The translations under genes were made by a program, and so were the position numbers. 56,431 nt of DNA, from contig CAYUYO010000004.1 in NCBI GenBank assembly GCA_964449385.1, positions 1 through 56,431 on the forward strand. Direction: 5' to 3'. Shown piece by piece: positions 8,443-16,920 of this stretch. The notes under the pieces were generated by a model. That model was not told the origin of the DNA and made no database searches. It saw nothing but the letters and a program-made list of their open reading frames with translations. Within the stretch, counting starts at the first letter, position 1; each line of letters starts with the position of its first letter. This stretch comes from an uncultured Candidatus Saccharibacteria bacterium. GTDB taxonomy: Bacteria > Patescibacteriota > Minisyncoccia > Minisyncoccales > CAYUYO01.

Positions 8443-9675
8443 TTATCCTCCAGATGCTTGATTAACTAAGGTTAGATTTCCGTCATCATTTCGTATGTAT
8501 TGTTTCGTTTCTAAAAATTCCATTTTATCTTTATCGCCTTCCTCATAATATCCTATAACCTCTTCTTTGCCATCTTCTTCAACTAATTTAATCAATAAAT
8601 CCCCTTTATTATAAACTTCCCAGTTCTTATCTATTCTTCCAAAAATAAGGGCATCGCGTTTTTCGGCCTTTGGCATCGTGTAGATTAAATTATCATCTTT
8701 ATCATAAATTTTTATTTCATCTCGTGCTTGGATGGTATAAATAGTCCAAATCCAAGTTTCGGTAAAATTGAGGCTTCTCCTTTGATTTTTGATTATAACA
8801 TCAACGAGAAAATCATAACAAAAAAGTGCGTTTTCTTTTGTCCAATTCGGCGGGCCCCAATTATGACCATGATTTAATATATATTTCCATTCTTTATTAT
8901 TATTTACACCAACTTTTGCGGTTAAATCCTCGAACTTTCGCATTAAATCTCTATCAATCCCTTTTTCAAGAAAATCAGCTCTATCATACAAATCTGAAAA
9001 CCAACCTCTACCTTGTCCAGGAAAAATATTGCTTGATTCTCTTAATTTTTTATCCTCCTCTGACGGAGGGCTCAAATCGTATCGTGGATTAAGCCTTATT
9101 CGTAATAGTGATTCCTCAAAAACTTTAAATTTAATTATTGCCATTTCGTTTAATGCTTCTTTGTATTTACCTTGCTCAATAAAGTCTTCAACCGTCTTAA
9201 TCTGCGTCTTTATAGAATCATCTTTAATTAAATCGGCAAGACTTATTATCTCCCATTCTAAACCGAAGTAGTGACGAGAGTATTCTTGAAAGAAAGAAAC
9301 AATAGGAGCAATCAATCCCTTTGCATGATTGGTGTTTGGCACGATGCCCTGATGTTTTATATTATTACGAATGGTATTAAGTTGGGCGATCTCGTTTTTG
9401 CTTATTAAAGAAAAACTGGTGTCAGTTTTTCTTTCGTATCCCTCAATTGCATTCAGGGTATCCAACAAATAACTCTTTTGCGTTAAGGAAATGTTCAGTT
9501 GACTTGCTATTGCACCAGTAAAATTATCTAAGGCGTCGTGTAAGGCAATTAAACCCTGCGAGAAATTAAAAGTATCATTTGGCGTATCGCAAAACTGAAT
9601 TGCTTTCTTAAATATAGTTTTCGCCAACACCAATCTATAGACAATATGCGGTTTTAATTGTTGCAAAGTGGACAT
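8443..9675 (-). CDS. hypothetical protein with an N-terminal HEPN-like Rx4H motif
   Basis: 410-aa ORF. A helical N-terminal region of about 140 aa ends in LNTIRNNIKHQG (R-N-x-x-x-H). The rest is unrecognised. Confidence 0.4.
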   Translation of the reverse strand: MSTLQQLKPHIVYRLVLAKTIFKKAIQFCDTPNDTFNFSQGLIALHDALDNFTGAIASQLNISLTQKSYLLDTLNAIEGYERKTDTSFSLISKNEIAQLNTIRNNIKHQGIVPNTNHAKGLIAPIVSFFQEYSRHYFGLEWEIISLADLIKDDSIKTQIKTVEDFIEQGKYKEALNEMAIIKFKVFEESLLRIRLNPRYDLSPPSEEDKKLRESSNIFPGQGRGWFSDLYDRADFLEKGIDRDLMRKFEDLTAKVGVNNNKEWKYILNHGHNWGPPNWTKENALFCYDFLVDVIIKNQRRSLNFTETWIWTIYTIQARDEIKIYDKDDNLIYTMPKAEKRDALIFGRIDKNWEVYNKGDLLIKLVEEDGKEEVIGYYEEGDKDKMEFLETKQYIRNDDGNLTLVNQASGG

Positions 9676-9772
9676 GGTTTTTTTACAATAAGTCCTGATT
9701 TTTTATAAATTTCCGCTAAATGCTTTTGATAAAACTGAATTGAAAAGCTCTTTGAGTTTTGATTTTTTATTC

Positions 9773-10066
9773 CTAATCATTTATCAAATGATAAAATTGC
9801 TCTTTAACTATTTTTGTAATTCTATCAAGTTCTGCTTTGTCTACTTGTTTGAGATCATACTCATCAACAAATTTTACCCACTCATCGTTTCGAAGAGTAA
9901 AAAACCTTATCTCGTCTACCGAATATGGACTTTCGTCAGGCTTTAGCACTTCCATTCTTCCGCCGGCCCAACCTTTATACTTAGGATTCCGAATTATCTC
10001 CTCAACAAACGAAAGTGTGTATCCTTTATCTCTTTCTCTCCTAATTTTTTTTGTTGAATAAGTCAT
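9773..10066 (-). CDS. hypothetical protein (last gene of the 4-gene overlapping operon)
   Basis: 97-aa ORF whose start overlaps the upstream stop by 4 nt. Confidence 0.5.
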   Translation of the reverse strand: MTYSTKKIRRERDKGYTLSFVEEIIRNPKYKGWAGGRMEVLKPDESPYSVDEIRFFTLRNDEWVKFVDEYDLKQVDKAELDRITKIVKEQFYHLIND

Positions 10067-10875
10067 GATAGATTATATTTTTGATATGCTTCAGCAAGTC
10101 TAATATCGTATTTATTTTGAGCATATTCAGAACCATTATACAAACGGGCGAATGTAGCCCAATCCCTATTTTTCAAGGCATTAATCTTTCTCGAATCAGA
10201 ACTGATAAACTTTAAAAATGTCTCAACATGGGCTTCTTGTCCCGCTTTAAGATAATCAACAAATTCCCGTGCCGTATTAAAACCACAAGCTTGATGATTA
10301 AAACCCATAATTTGGAACATGCCATAAGATGCACAATTCCAAGCGCATTCATGGACGTTAAGAGCTTCGGCTAAGCGCGAGTTTTCAGCGTCGCCACCCT
10401 TATAAAGACTACGATTCCATGTGGGAGAAATAAGCGTGGGATACTTTATCATTAAAGCATCGAGGTCTAAGCCAACCTTTTTTAGTTCACGGTAAAATAT
10501 ATGCGCCTCGAATAGAACGGTTAATAAGCCAGTTTTTTGGAAACCAGAACGCCCGCCCGACTCTACTTCGGCAACAGCTAAAACGCTCGCAACATCCAGA
10601 CCATACAAGGAAGCCATTTCAGCAATTCTATTTCTATCTAAGGTTTGATTTTTATTCGGAGCGGGATAAACTTGATCCTGTTTCGGGATTGGCGACTTTT
10701 TTTCTTCAGAGTCTTTTACTGGTTCGGTTTTTATTATCGGCTTCTCATCCTTTGGAAGAATAACGGGGGTCTTTGGTAAGACACTATTCTTCTTTTTATT
10801 CTTAAAAGAAGCAATAAGTTCTAATATAAACCTCTTAAACGCTTCTCCTAATTTTTTTGTTGGCCGCTTAGTCAT
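10063..10875 (-). CDS. N-acetylmuramidase-family (DUF3380) peptidoglycan hydrolase, endolysin-like
   Basis: AVAEVESGGRSGF, FEAHIFYR, GMFQIMGFNH and FARLYNGSEYAQNKYD motifs. A K/P-rich N-terminal linker of about 85 aa has no clear signal peptide. Confidence 0.7.
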   Translation of the reverse strand: MTKRPTKKLGEAFKRFILELIASFKNKKKNSVLPKTPVILPKDEKPIIKTEPVKDSEEKKSPIPKQDQVYPAPNKNQTLDRNRIAEMASLYGLDVASVLAVAEVESGGRSGFQKTGLLTVLFEAHIFYRELKKVGLDLDALMIKYPTLISPTWNRSLYKGGDAENSRLAEALNVHECAWNCASYGMFQIMGFNHQACGFNTAREFVDYLKAGQEAHVETFLKFISSDSRKINALKNRDWATFARLYNGSEYAQNKYDIRLAEAYQKYNLS

Positions 10876-11486
10876 TGTTTTAAATATTTAATAAACTCTA
10901 CCCCAAATTCTGAAATCCAAACAAATGGAGCATTGACGGGCCCCAAACGAGAAGAAGGGTCGCTTAATAAGATCCTTAGATTTATCAAGTTATAAATATT
11001 AACGAGGTGAATGGCTTCGTTACCATAAACCTGATAATTTCTATCCTTTCGCGATACATCAACCTCTCTTAAAACTCTTATATCTTCGGAGCTCATCTGC
11101 GATAAAGTATGAATAAACTTTTCTAATTGAAATGTCGATTTTTGCTCAGTAACTGCATATCCTAAAAATATGTTTCGGAAGTGTTCCCTTTTCTCCTCAT
11201 TCCGCTCGGTTAAATATTTCTCAAGCGCAAAGACAAAACCGTCCTGAAATTCTTCTTGTTGTAAAAGTTTCTGTGTAAAAATTTCAGGGTTATCTCTTAT
11301 CATTTCCACCCATTCAAGAGCCTTTTGCTGTCTTAGTTTTAAGCCGGCACCAAATAAAGCCTTACTTAATCCCCACGCAATGTTCAAAGCGGGTACACTA
11401 GAAACAATCTGATCGGCAACAACCAGTGCGCTCTCTTTAATAATTTGCTTGTCTTTTTTATTCATAACCCTAACTTTATTAGTCAA
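10872..11486 (-). CDS. hypothetical protein with a weak Abi-alpha (DUF4393)-like pattern
   Basis: 204-aa ORF with an N-terminal amphipathic/hydrophobic stretch (SSVPALNIAWGLSKALFGAGL). FRNIFLGYA and LSQMSSEDIRVLREV resemble Abi-alpha conserved blocks. Judged by eye only. Confidence 0.35.
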   Translation of the reverse strand: MTNKVRVMNKKDKQIIKESALVVADQIVSSVPALNIAWGLSKALFGAGLKLRQQKALEWVEMIRDNPEIFTQKLLQQEEFQDGFVFALEKYLTERNEEKREHFRNIFLGYAVTEQKSTFQLEKFIHTLSQMSSEDIRVLREVDVSRKDRNYQVYGNEAIHLVNIYNLINLRILLSDPSSRLGPVNAPFVWISEFGVEFIKYLKQ

Positions 11487-12366
11487 AATTTTGTATTTCT
11501 GGTTTTCTTCTTCCTCCTTTACGTGCGGCGATTTTGGGAACTCCAGGACCGGGCATAATAATTGTTTTAATTTTCGTATTCTTCAGACTTCTCATTAGTT
11601 TTGCCATTGGAATTTTAGTCTCCCTACTTTTTTTCATTAATTCGGCTATTTCATCACCAGAAATAGTTTTACCTGGTATTGCCTCGACAAAAGTTTGAAT
11701 ATTCCATGTTGTCTCTGATTCCTCATTTGTATTAGTCATCGTATCTAAAAGAGTCTCTGGTGGCAATTCATCTATAACCCCTTGCATGCCCATTCCGTGC
11801 GTGTGTATATGTTTGAATTGATCAATTTCGCCCCGTTCAATTGCAAACACCCACATATCGTAATCTGTAAATGGAATATGAAAATCAGAATATTTAATGA
11901 ATGTATTTCCATCTATCCTCATTTGGAAATGATAGTGAGGTTTTCTCCCTCGAATCTTAAAAAAATGTCCAGTAAAATCTCCTTTAGAACATGAAAAAGA
12001 CCACTCAAGGTTTTTATACTTAATGGTTTGCTCAATAACTTTTGATGAGCGTTTTTCTTTAACAAGGTCATTTATATTTTTAAATGGTGCTTCACTATTT
12101 GCTAACCATCTAAAGTAGGGATTAATTCTCCAGTAATCAAATCTACTAAAAACCAAAGGAAAATGTTTTTTATTGAATCCGACAGGTCTTAGTAACCAGT
12201 GTATACAAGGACGATCAACGGAAAAATAATCAAATCTCTGATGACAAAGATAACATTCATCTCTCTTAAGAGCATCTTTAAACCCTTGAAATTCTTCTTC
12301 CGTTTCTTTAATAGTCCTTTCATTCATTTTCGTAATCTGCTGAGGTGTTAATTTGGGAAAATCCAT
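11479..12366 (-). CDS. hypothetical Cys/His-rich protein (first gene of the 4-gene operon)
   Basis: 295-aa ORF with CYLCHQRFDYFSVDRPCIHW, KPHYHFQM and HIHTHGMG. No family recognised. Confidence 0.5.
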   Translation of the reverse strand: MDFPKLTPQQITKMNERTIKETEEEFQGFKDALKRDECYLCHQRFDYFSVDRPCIHWLLRPVGFNKKHFPLVFSRFDYWRINPYFRWLANSEAPFKNINDLVKEKRSSKVIEQTIKYKNLEWSFSCSKGDFTGHFFKIRGRKPHYHFQMRIDGNTFIKYSDFHIPFTDYDMWVFAIERGEIDQFKHIHTHGMGMQGVIDELPPETLLDTMTNTNEESETTWNIQTFVEAIPGKTISGDEIAELMKKSRETKIPMAKLMRSLKNTKIKTIIMPGPGVPKIAARKGGRRKPEIQNFD

Positions 12367-12468
12367 AGTTTATCTTGAATTAACGCTTTTGATTACTTTT
12401 ATATCCTGTTTGATTAAGCCATAAAGTTTATAGCCCCCCTAAGTTATCCACAGTTGACTACTACTCTG

Positions 12469-12490
12469 CGTTCTAAAAACGTTCTATAAT
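12469..12490 (+). promoter_or_regulatory. candidate promoter/operator of the LexA-MTase gene
   Basis: Direct repeat CGTTCT (12469-12474) N5 CGTTCT (12480-12485) running into a perfect TATAAT (12485-12490), 37 nt upstream of the ATG. Confidence 0.4.
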
Positions 12491-12527
12491 AGAATTGTAG
12501 CATGTAAAGCTTACCAGTCAATAACTT

Positions 12528-14087
12528 ATGTTCACAAAAAGGCAAAAACAGATTCTTGATTACATAAAGAAGTTTATAAAAGATAAAGGCTACCCTCCTT
12601 CTTTTGAAGAAATAAGAAGGCATTTTGGATTTGTTTCAAAATCTACCGTTCATCACCACGTAGAAACACTGAAAGAAAAAGGATACCTTAATCACGCACG
12701 AACTATAGAGTTATCTAAAGGTGAAAAATCTTCTGGGCTTGTGGAAATTCCCCTACTCGGCACTATTGCCGCCGGCGAACCGATTGAGGCAATCGAAAAT
12801 AAGGAAACAATTGCAGTGCCAAAATCAAAGTTGCCCAGGAGCGGAGATTCTTATGCCCTACGTGTAGCTGGCGATAGTATGATTGACGAAAATATCAACA
12901 ATGGTGATGTCATTTTAGTAAAACAGCAGAACGTTGCTGAAAATGGTCAAAAAGTTGTCGCACTTATAGATAATCACGAAGCTACGCTAAAGAAGTTTTA
13001 CAAAGAAAAAGGATATATTCGCTTACAACCTGCCAACAAAAATATGGAGCCGATTATCCTACGTAACGGTAGAGATATTTCTATCCAGGGAGTAGTTCTT
13101 GATGTTATTCGTAAGGAAAATCCAACCCTTGCCGTTTTGCCAAAAATAAAAACAACCGAGATTAAGCAATATAGAAAACTCCCACTTAATCAAATTATTG
13201 TGGGAGATGCGATAGAAGAAATGAAAAAGATTCCAGGCAACTCAATAGATATGACATTCGCCGACCCGCCATTCAACCTTAATAAAAAATACGGCAACTA
13301 CAAAGATCAGAAAGCCTCCGAAGATTACATAAAATGGTGCGAACAATGGCTTAACGAGATGGTTAGAATAACTAAACCGAGCGGTTCGATCTTAGTACAT
13401 AACATACCAAAATGGTTAGTATATTTTGCTAACCATCTAAATAAAATTGCTGTATTCAAACATTGGATTGCGTGGGACTCAATGGGAGCTCCGCTCGGTA
13501 AAACTTTACTTCCCTCCCATTATGGAATTTTATTCTATACAAAAACTCCAAAAGGTTTTAAATTCCATGAACTTAGATCGCCGCATAAAAAATGTCGGGT
13601 TTGTGGGGAAATGATAAAAGACTACGGTGGGAAAAAAAGCCAAATCAATCCTTATGGAACTCTTTTAAGCGATGTTTGGACAGATATACATCGCATTAGA
13701 CACAATACACGCAGAGATGCTCACCCCTGCCAGCTTCCTGAACCGCTGCTTGAACGTTTAATACTAATGACGACAAACGAGAATGATGTAGTTTTAGATC
13801 CCTTTATAGGCGCTGGCACAACCGCATTAGCTGCAAAGCGACTTGGTCGGAACTATATTGGTATAGACATAGACCTGAAGTATAAAAAAATAGTTAGCGA
13901 CAAAATTAGAAAAGTAAATTATCGATCAAGTAATGGCTATAAATACAATAACGATGCCCCGGCTGTGGCATCGAAATATCTGAGAAATCTGACTATATCG
14001 GAAGATGAGGAAATCTATCCTATTGATAATCCTCAATTTAAATCCGATGACAAACGACGCAAGAATGTTACCCTTTCTCTGTTTTAG
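12528..14087 (+). CDS. complete LexA (wHTH + S24 peptidase) fused in frame to a beta-class N6A/N4C DNA methyltransferase
   Basis: The LexA head is RQKQILDYIKKFIKDKGYPPSFEEIRRHFGFVSKSTVHHHVETLKEKGYL. The cleavage loop is GTIAAGEPIEA, the catalytic Ser is in VAGDSM and the catalytic Lys in EATLKKF. MTase motif IV (FADPPFNL) precedes motif I (LDPFIGAGTTALAA). Confidence 0.85.
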   Translation: MFTKRQKQILDYIKKFIKDKGYPPSFEEIRRHFGFVSKSTVHHHVETLKEKGYLNHARTIELSKGEKSSGLVEIPLLGTIAAGEPIEAIENKETIAVPKSKLPRSGDSYALRVAGDSMIDENINNGDVILVKQQNVAENGQKVVALIDNHEATLKKFYKEKGYIRLQPANKNMEPIILRNGRDISIQGVVLDVIRKENPTLAVLPKIKTTEIKQYRKLPLNQIIVGDAIEEMKKIPGNSIDMTFADPPFNLNKKYGNYKDQKASEDYIKWCEQWLNEMVRITKPSGSILVHNIPKWLVYFANHLNKIAVFKHWIAWDSMGAPLGKTLLPSHYGILFYTKTPKGFKFHELRSPHKKCRVCGEMIKDYGGKKSQINPYGTLLSDVWTDIHRIRHNTRRDAHPCQLPEPLLERLILMTTNENDVVLDPFIGAGTTALAAKRLGRNYIGIDIDLKYKKIVSDKIRKVNYRSSNGYKYNNDAPAVASKYLRNLTISEDEEIYPIDNPQFKSDDKRRKNVTLSLF

Positions 14088-14823
14088 CGTCTTGAGCTTC
14101 TTTTATAATCTTCCTGTGTTTTTTAATAATTCTCTTTGATCTATAAACAATAGTTTTTCTGAACAATTGCTCAAATTGTTCCAATGTTTTTATTGGCGGA
14201 TCAATATCAAAATCCTTAGGCCTGAGATTCCCATCTTTTTCTCGATACTTAAGCAGTTTAGCTTTGTTAAGTCCCAAAAAGTTATAAAAGGGGGCTACCT
14301 CTATATTCTGAACTTCTTTTGTTTTTTCATTAAAATTGTAAATAACAAAAATATAGTAAATATTTCTCCCGTCAAATTTTCTAATTCTGTTAGGCCACTC
14401 ATTAAGAGTTCCCATATCGTTCTCGCTATTTTTCACAGCCACCCATTTGCCTTGCCTATTCTGACTCCTATTACCAGATTTAAACTCAATAGCAATAGGT
14501 GGCGCTGTCTTTAATTCGAAATCGGGGAAGTAATTTTTATGCGGCGCAATAGCATAATCTCTGTCGTTTTTGATAAAATCAGTTTTCTTAAAAATATCAA
14601 CGATAATATCGGTCAGGTATTCCTCAATAGCTGTGCCAAAAGTACGGTAATTGAAATCACCGGCACCAACAACCCGCTTTAAATCATCTAAAATCTTCTT
14701 TCTTGAGGAAATCAAAACCTTAATTGCCGCAGTACCATTTTTATTTTTTGCTTGTTTTTGAGGCATGTTTATTAAAATCACAATTCGTACTTTTAGGATA
14801 GCACTTAGAATGGGAAATGACAA
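14068..14823 (-). CDS. putative type II restriction endonuclease (PD-(D/E)xK)
   Basis: YFPDFELKTAPPIAIEFKSG fits PD...ExK. The gene is convergent with the MTase gene and overlaps it by 20 nt. The start is uncertain (14823 or the internal ATG at 14766). Confidence 0.55.
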   Translation of the reverse strand: MSFPILSAILKVRIVILINMPQKQAKNKNGTAAIKVLISSRKKILDDLKRVVGAGDFNYRTFGTAIEEYLTDIIVDIFKKTDFIKNDRDYAIAPHKNYFPDFELKTAPPIAIEFKSGNRSQNRQGKWVAVKNSENDMGTLNEWPNRIRKFDGRNIYYIFVIYNFNEKTKEVQNIEVAPFYNFLGLNKAKLLKYREKDGNLRPKDFDIDPPIKTLEQFEQLFRKTIVYRSKRIIKKHRKIIKEAQDAKTEKG

Positions 14824-14871
14824 TTCTTTTAATGGCGAATTCTGGTAAAATCTGTCAAAATGGAAATATAA

Positions 14872-15549
14872 ATGAAAATTACAATGAGCCTACCAAAAAC
14901 AATTTTAGATATTGTTAAAGTCATCCACGACAAGTTAGAAATTGTTCCAGAAAAAGATAAGGTACTTACGATTTCTTTATGGGATTTCAAGGACGAAAAC
15001 GGAGATGCTATTCCTAAAATGAACTTGAAAAATGGGTTAAGGAAATTAGCGGAAGATAATAAACTTATCCAATTAAGAGATATTAAATGTCTTGATAGAT
15101 TAGGAAGATTTGCCGGTGAGAGAATAGAGCTTGAAATTAATCGGGAAGCATTTTCAAAAATAAGTAAGTTAACGGAGAAAAGCATTAAAAAGAAAATCAA
15201 ACACGTTGCCTTAGACCCAAAATCTTATTCTTTAATAATTAACCATCAAGATTATGTGCCGTTTAGGTCAAAAAGGCATAAACAGGATTTAGAAGCAGAA
15301 ACAAAACAATTCAAAATCCTATATCATCTCTGGGAATTTAGAAAAGAAATAAAAAACGGGAAAGTAAGCCAGAAAATAGATTCTGATTTTGCATCCCTTT
15401 CCAATATCGCAAGAGGAGCTGAATGCACCGAAGAGGCATCCAGGCAACATATAAAAAGGCTTAGACAAAGATTTAAGAAAGAAAAGCTACCCATAGACAT
15501 TGAGCCAAGCGGAACTGGACTATATCAGTTGGTGATTGAATTAGAATAA
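14872..15549 (+). CDS. DNA-binding protein with a C-terminal OmpR/PhoB-type winged helix
   Basis: The C-terminus (EEASRQHIKRLRQRFKKEKLPIDIEPSGTGLYQLV) matches the Trans_reg_C pattern. Confidence 0.5.
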   Translation: MKITMSLPKTILDIVKVIHDKLEIVPEKDKVLTISLWDFKDENGDAIPKMNLKNGLRKLAEDNKLIQLRDIKCLDRLGRFAGERIELEINREAFSKISKLTEKSIKKKIKHVALDPKSYSLIINHQDYVPFRSKRHKQDLEAETKQFKILYHLWEFRKEIKNGKVSQKIDSDFASLSNIARGAECTEEASRQHIKRLRQRFKKEKLPIDIEPSGTGLYQLVIELE

Positions 15550-15719
15550 TCTCAATAAGTCTATTTCTGGACTATTTCTTGGTCGCCTTATCATAAGGTG
15601 GCTTTTTTATTTACGCATATTTTCAAGTCCCAATTGGTCATATGCTCCAAAATGACCAAATTTAGCTAGTGATTCGGCTGTTAAAATTAAATAAAAAGTA
15701 AATAAAATCATCAATTATT

Positions 15720-15959
15720 ATGAACCAAAATGAATTTTCAAGTTTTGATCTGGGATTGGCGACGGTGCTGATAACGCTGGCTTACGAGCTGCTCGAACTA
15801 GACAGATCTATGCCCAAAAAGGTTAGGTTTGTTTTCAGACGGGAGAAAAACATTGAGGGAGTAATGGCTGATTACTTTAATGACAAAATAAAACTGCCGG
15901 CCCAAACCTTATTCAATAACCAGAAAAATCTTAAATCACGCCTTTATTGTGGTGCGTGA
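15720..15959 (+). CDS. DUF5659-like small protein
   Basis: FSSFDLGLATVLITLAYELLELDRSMPKKVRFVFRRE matches the family pattern as I recall it. Confidence 0.45.
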   Translation: MNQNEFSSFDLGLATVLITLAYELLELDRSMPKKVRFVFRREKNIEGVMADYFNDKIKLPAQTLFNNQKNLKSRLYCGA

Positions 15960-15969
15960 TTTTTATTTT

Positions 15970-16179
15970 ATGTTGCCAGAAGCCGCAATTATTCAATTCA
16001 AAAAAATCTGGAAAAAGCTTTATGGAATTGAACTTAGCGATAAAGAAGCCGTTTTTCGGGCAAATAATTTGGTTGCTTTATATCGTGCGGTTTACGGAAA
16101 TCGGCAAGATATTCAAAACAATAAACAAATAAATTCTAATCATGCTGGAGAAAATAACATTCAAACAGAAAATAAATAA
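15970..16179 (+). CDS. small hypothetical protein (LYRAVY family; paralog of 6407..6589)
   Basis: Internal ATG of ORF 15949..16179. FKKIWKKLYGIELSDKEAVFRANNLVALYRAVY aligns with the 6407..6589 product. Confidence 0.5.
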   Translation: MLPEAAIIQFKKIWKKLYGIELSDKEAVFRANNLVALYRAVYGNRQDIQNNKQINSNHAGENNIQTENK

Positions 16180-16804
16180 GGATTGTGAAGGAAGTTTTGA
16201 AATAAGAGATTTGAGAGAAAAAGACAGATTTGTCGTGGACGACAAATTCCTGAACGGCTATGCCAGATTTCTGGGAGTTTATGCTGTCGGCGTTTACAAC
16301 TCACTCTGCCGGCACGCAAATAAAGAGCAAAAATGCTGGCCGTCCATTAAAAAGATAGTGCAGGAACTATCAATCGGCAGAAACAAAGTATTCGACAGCA
16401 TCAAGTATCTTGAATTTTGGCAGATCATCAAAAAGGAAAGGTTGGGCAAAAAACTAACAAACAGATATTTATTGCTAAGTAAACGCTATTGGAAACCCAT
16501 AAGTGAAGGTTCTCTCAAGGACTTCAGTGAAGTTTACCACATAAACTTCAAGAGTTTGCTGGATAAACTTCACGAGTTTACCTCATCAACTTCCATAGTA
16601 AGGAAACAAAATAGTAATTTATTAAAAAAGAAAGGAGATCTTTCTTTTAAAGAATTAGCCGACGCTTACAAAAAAGGAGAAAGAAAATGTAAGCCCTTCT
16701 TTTGGGGAGACGAAATGAGATGGTCTCAAAACAAATGGTGGGTTATTAAAAACGGTGAATGGCTTAAATTTGACGGAAATGAATCGGAAATAGAGTGGAG
16801 ATGA
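16142..16804 (+). CDS. winged-helix DNA-binding protein, replication-initiator/DnaD-like
   Basis: CWPSIKKIVQELSIGRNKVFDSIKYLEFWQIIKKER is a typical wHTH of plasmid/phage Rep-like proteins. Iteron-like repeats follow the gene. Confidence 0.45.
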   Translation: MLEKITFKQKINKDCEGSFEIRDLREKDRFVVDDKFLNGYARFLGVYAVGVYNSLCRHANKEQKCWPSIKKIVQELSIGRNKVFDSIKYLEFWQIIKKERLGKKLTNRYLLLSKRYWKPISEGSLKDFSEVYHINFKSLLDKLHEFTSSTSIVRKQNSNLLKKKGDLSFKELADAYKKGERKCKPFFWGDEMRWSQNKWWVIKNGEWLKFDGNESEIEWR

Positions 16805-16823
16805 ACCTGCCTCTTAAAACGCC

Positions 16824-16851
16824 TTGTATGAGTTGTATGAGCCTGTATGAC
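16824..16851. repeat. iteron-like tandem repeats TTGTATGAG TTGTATGAG CCTGTATGAC
   Basis: Three tandem 9-10 bp units read directly, 20 nt after the rep-like gene stop. Confidence 0.6.
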
Positions 16852-16920
16852 GATTTTCAAGCAAAAGGTAGAGATTTATACCGCCTACAAACATCTAACA
16901 CTTCTAACAATATATAATAT

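Noticed and set aside
14829-15200. Track ORF on the minus strand (123 aa), together with similar antisense ORFs at 484..717, 2104..2448, 3690..4169, 17964..18467, 30066..30550, 33923..34279, 47003..47314 and 51042..51374
   Set aside because: All lie wholly antisense to, or out of frame within, longer ORFs with recognisable domains. Their compositions are low-complexity (Ser/Phe/Ile/Leu-rich), as expected of AT-rich antisense frames.
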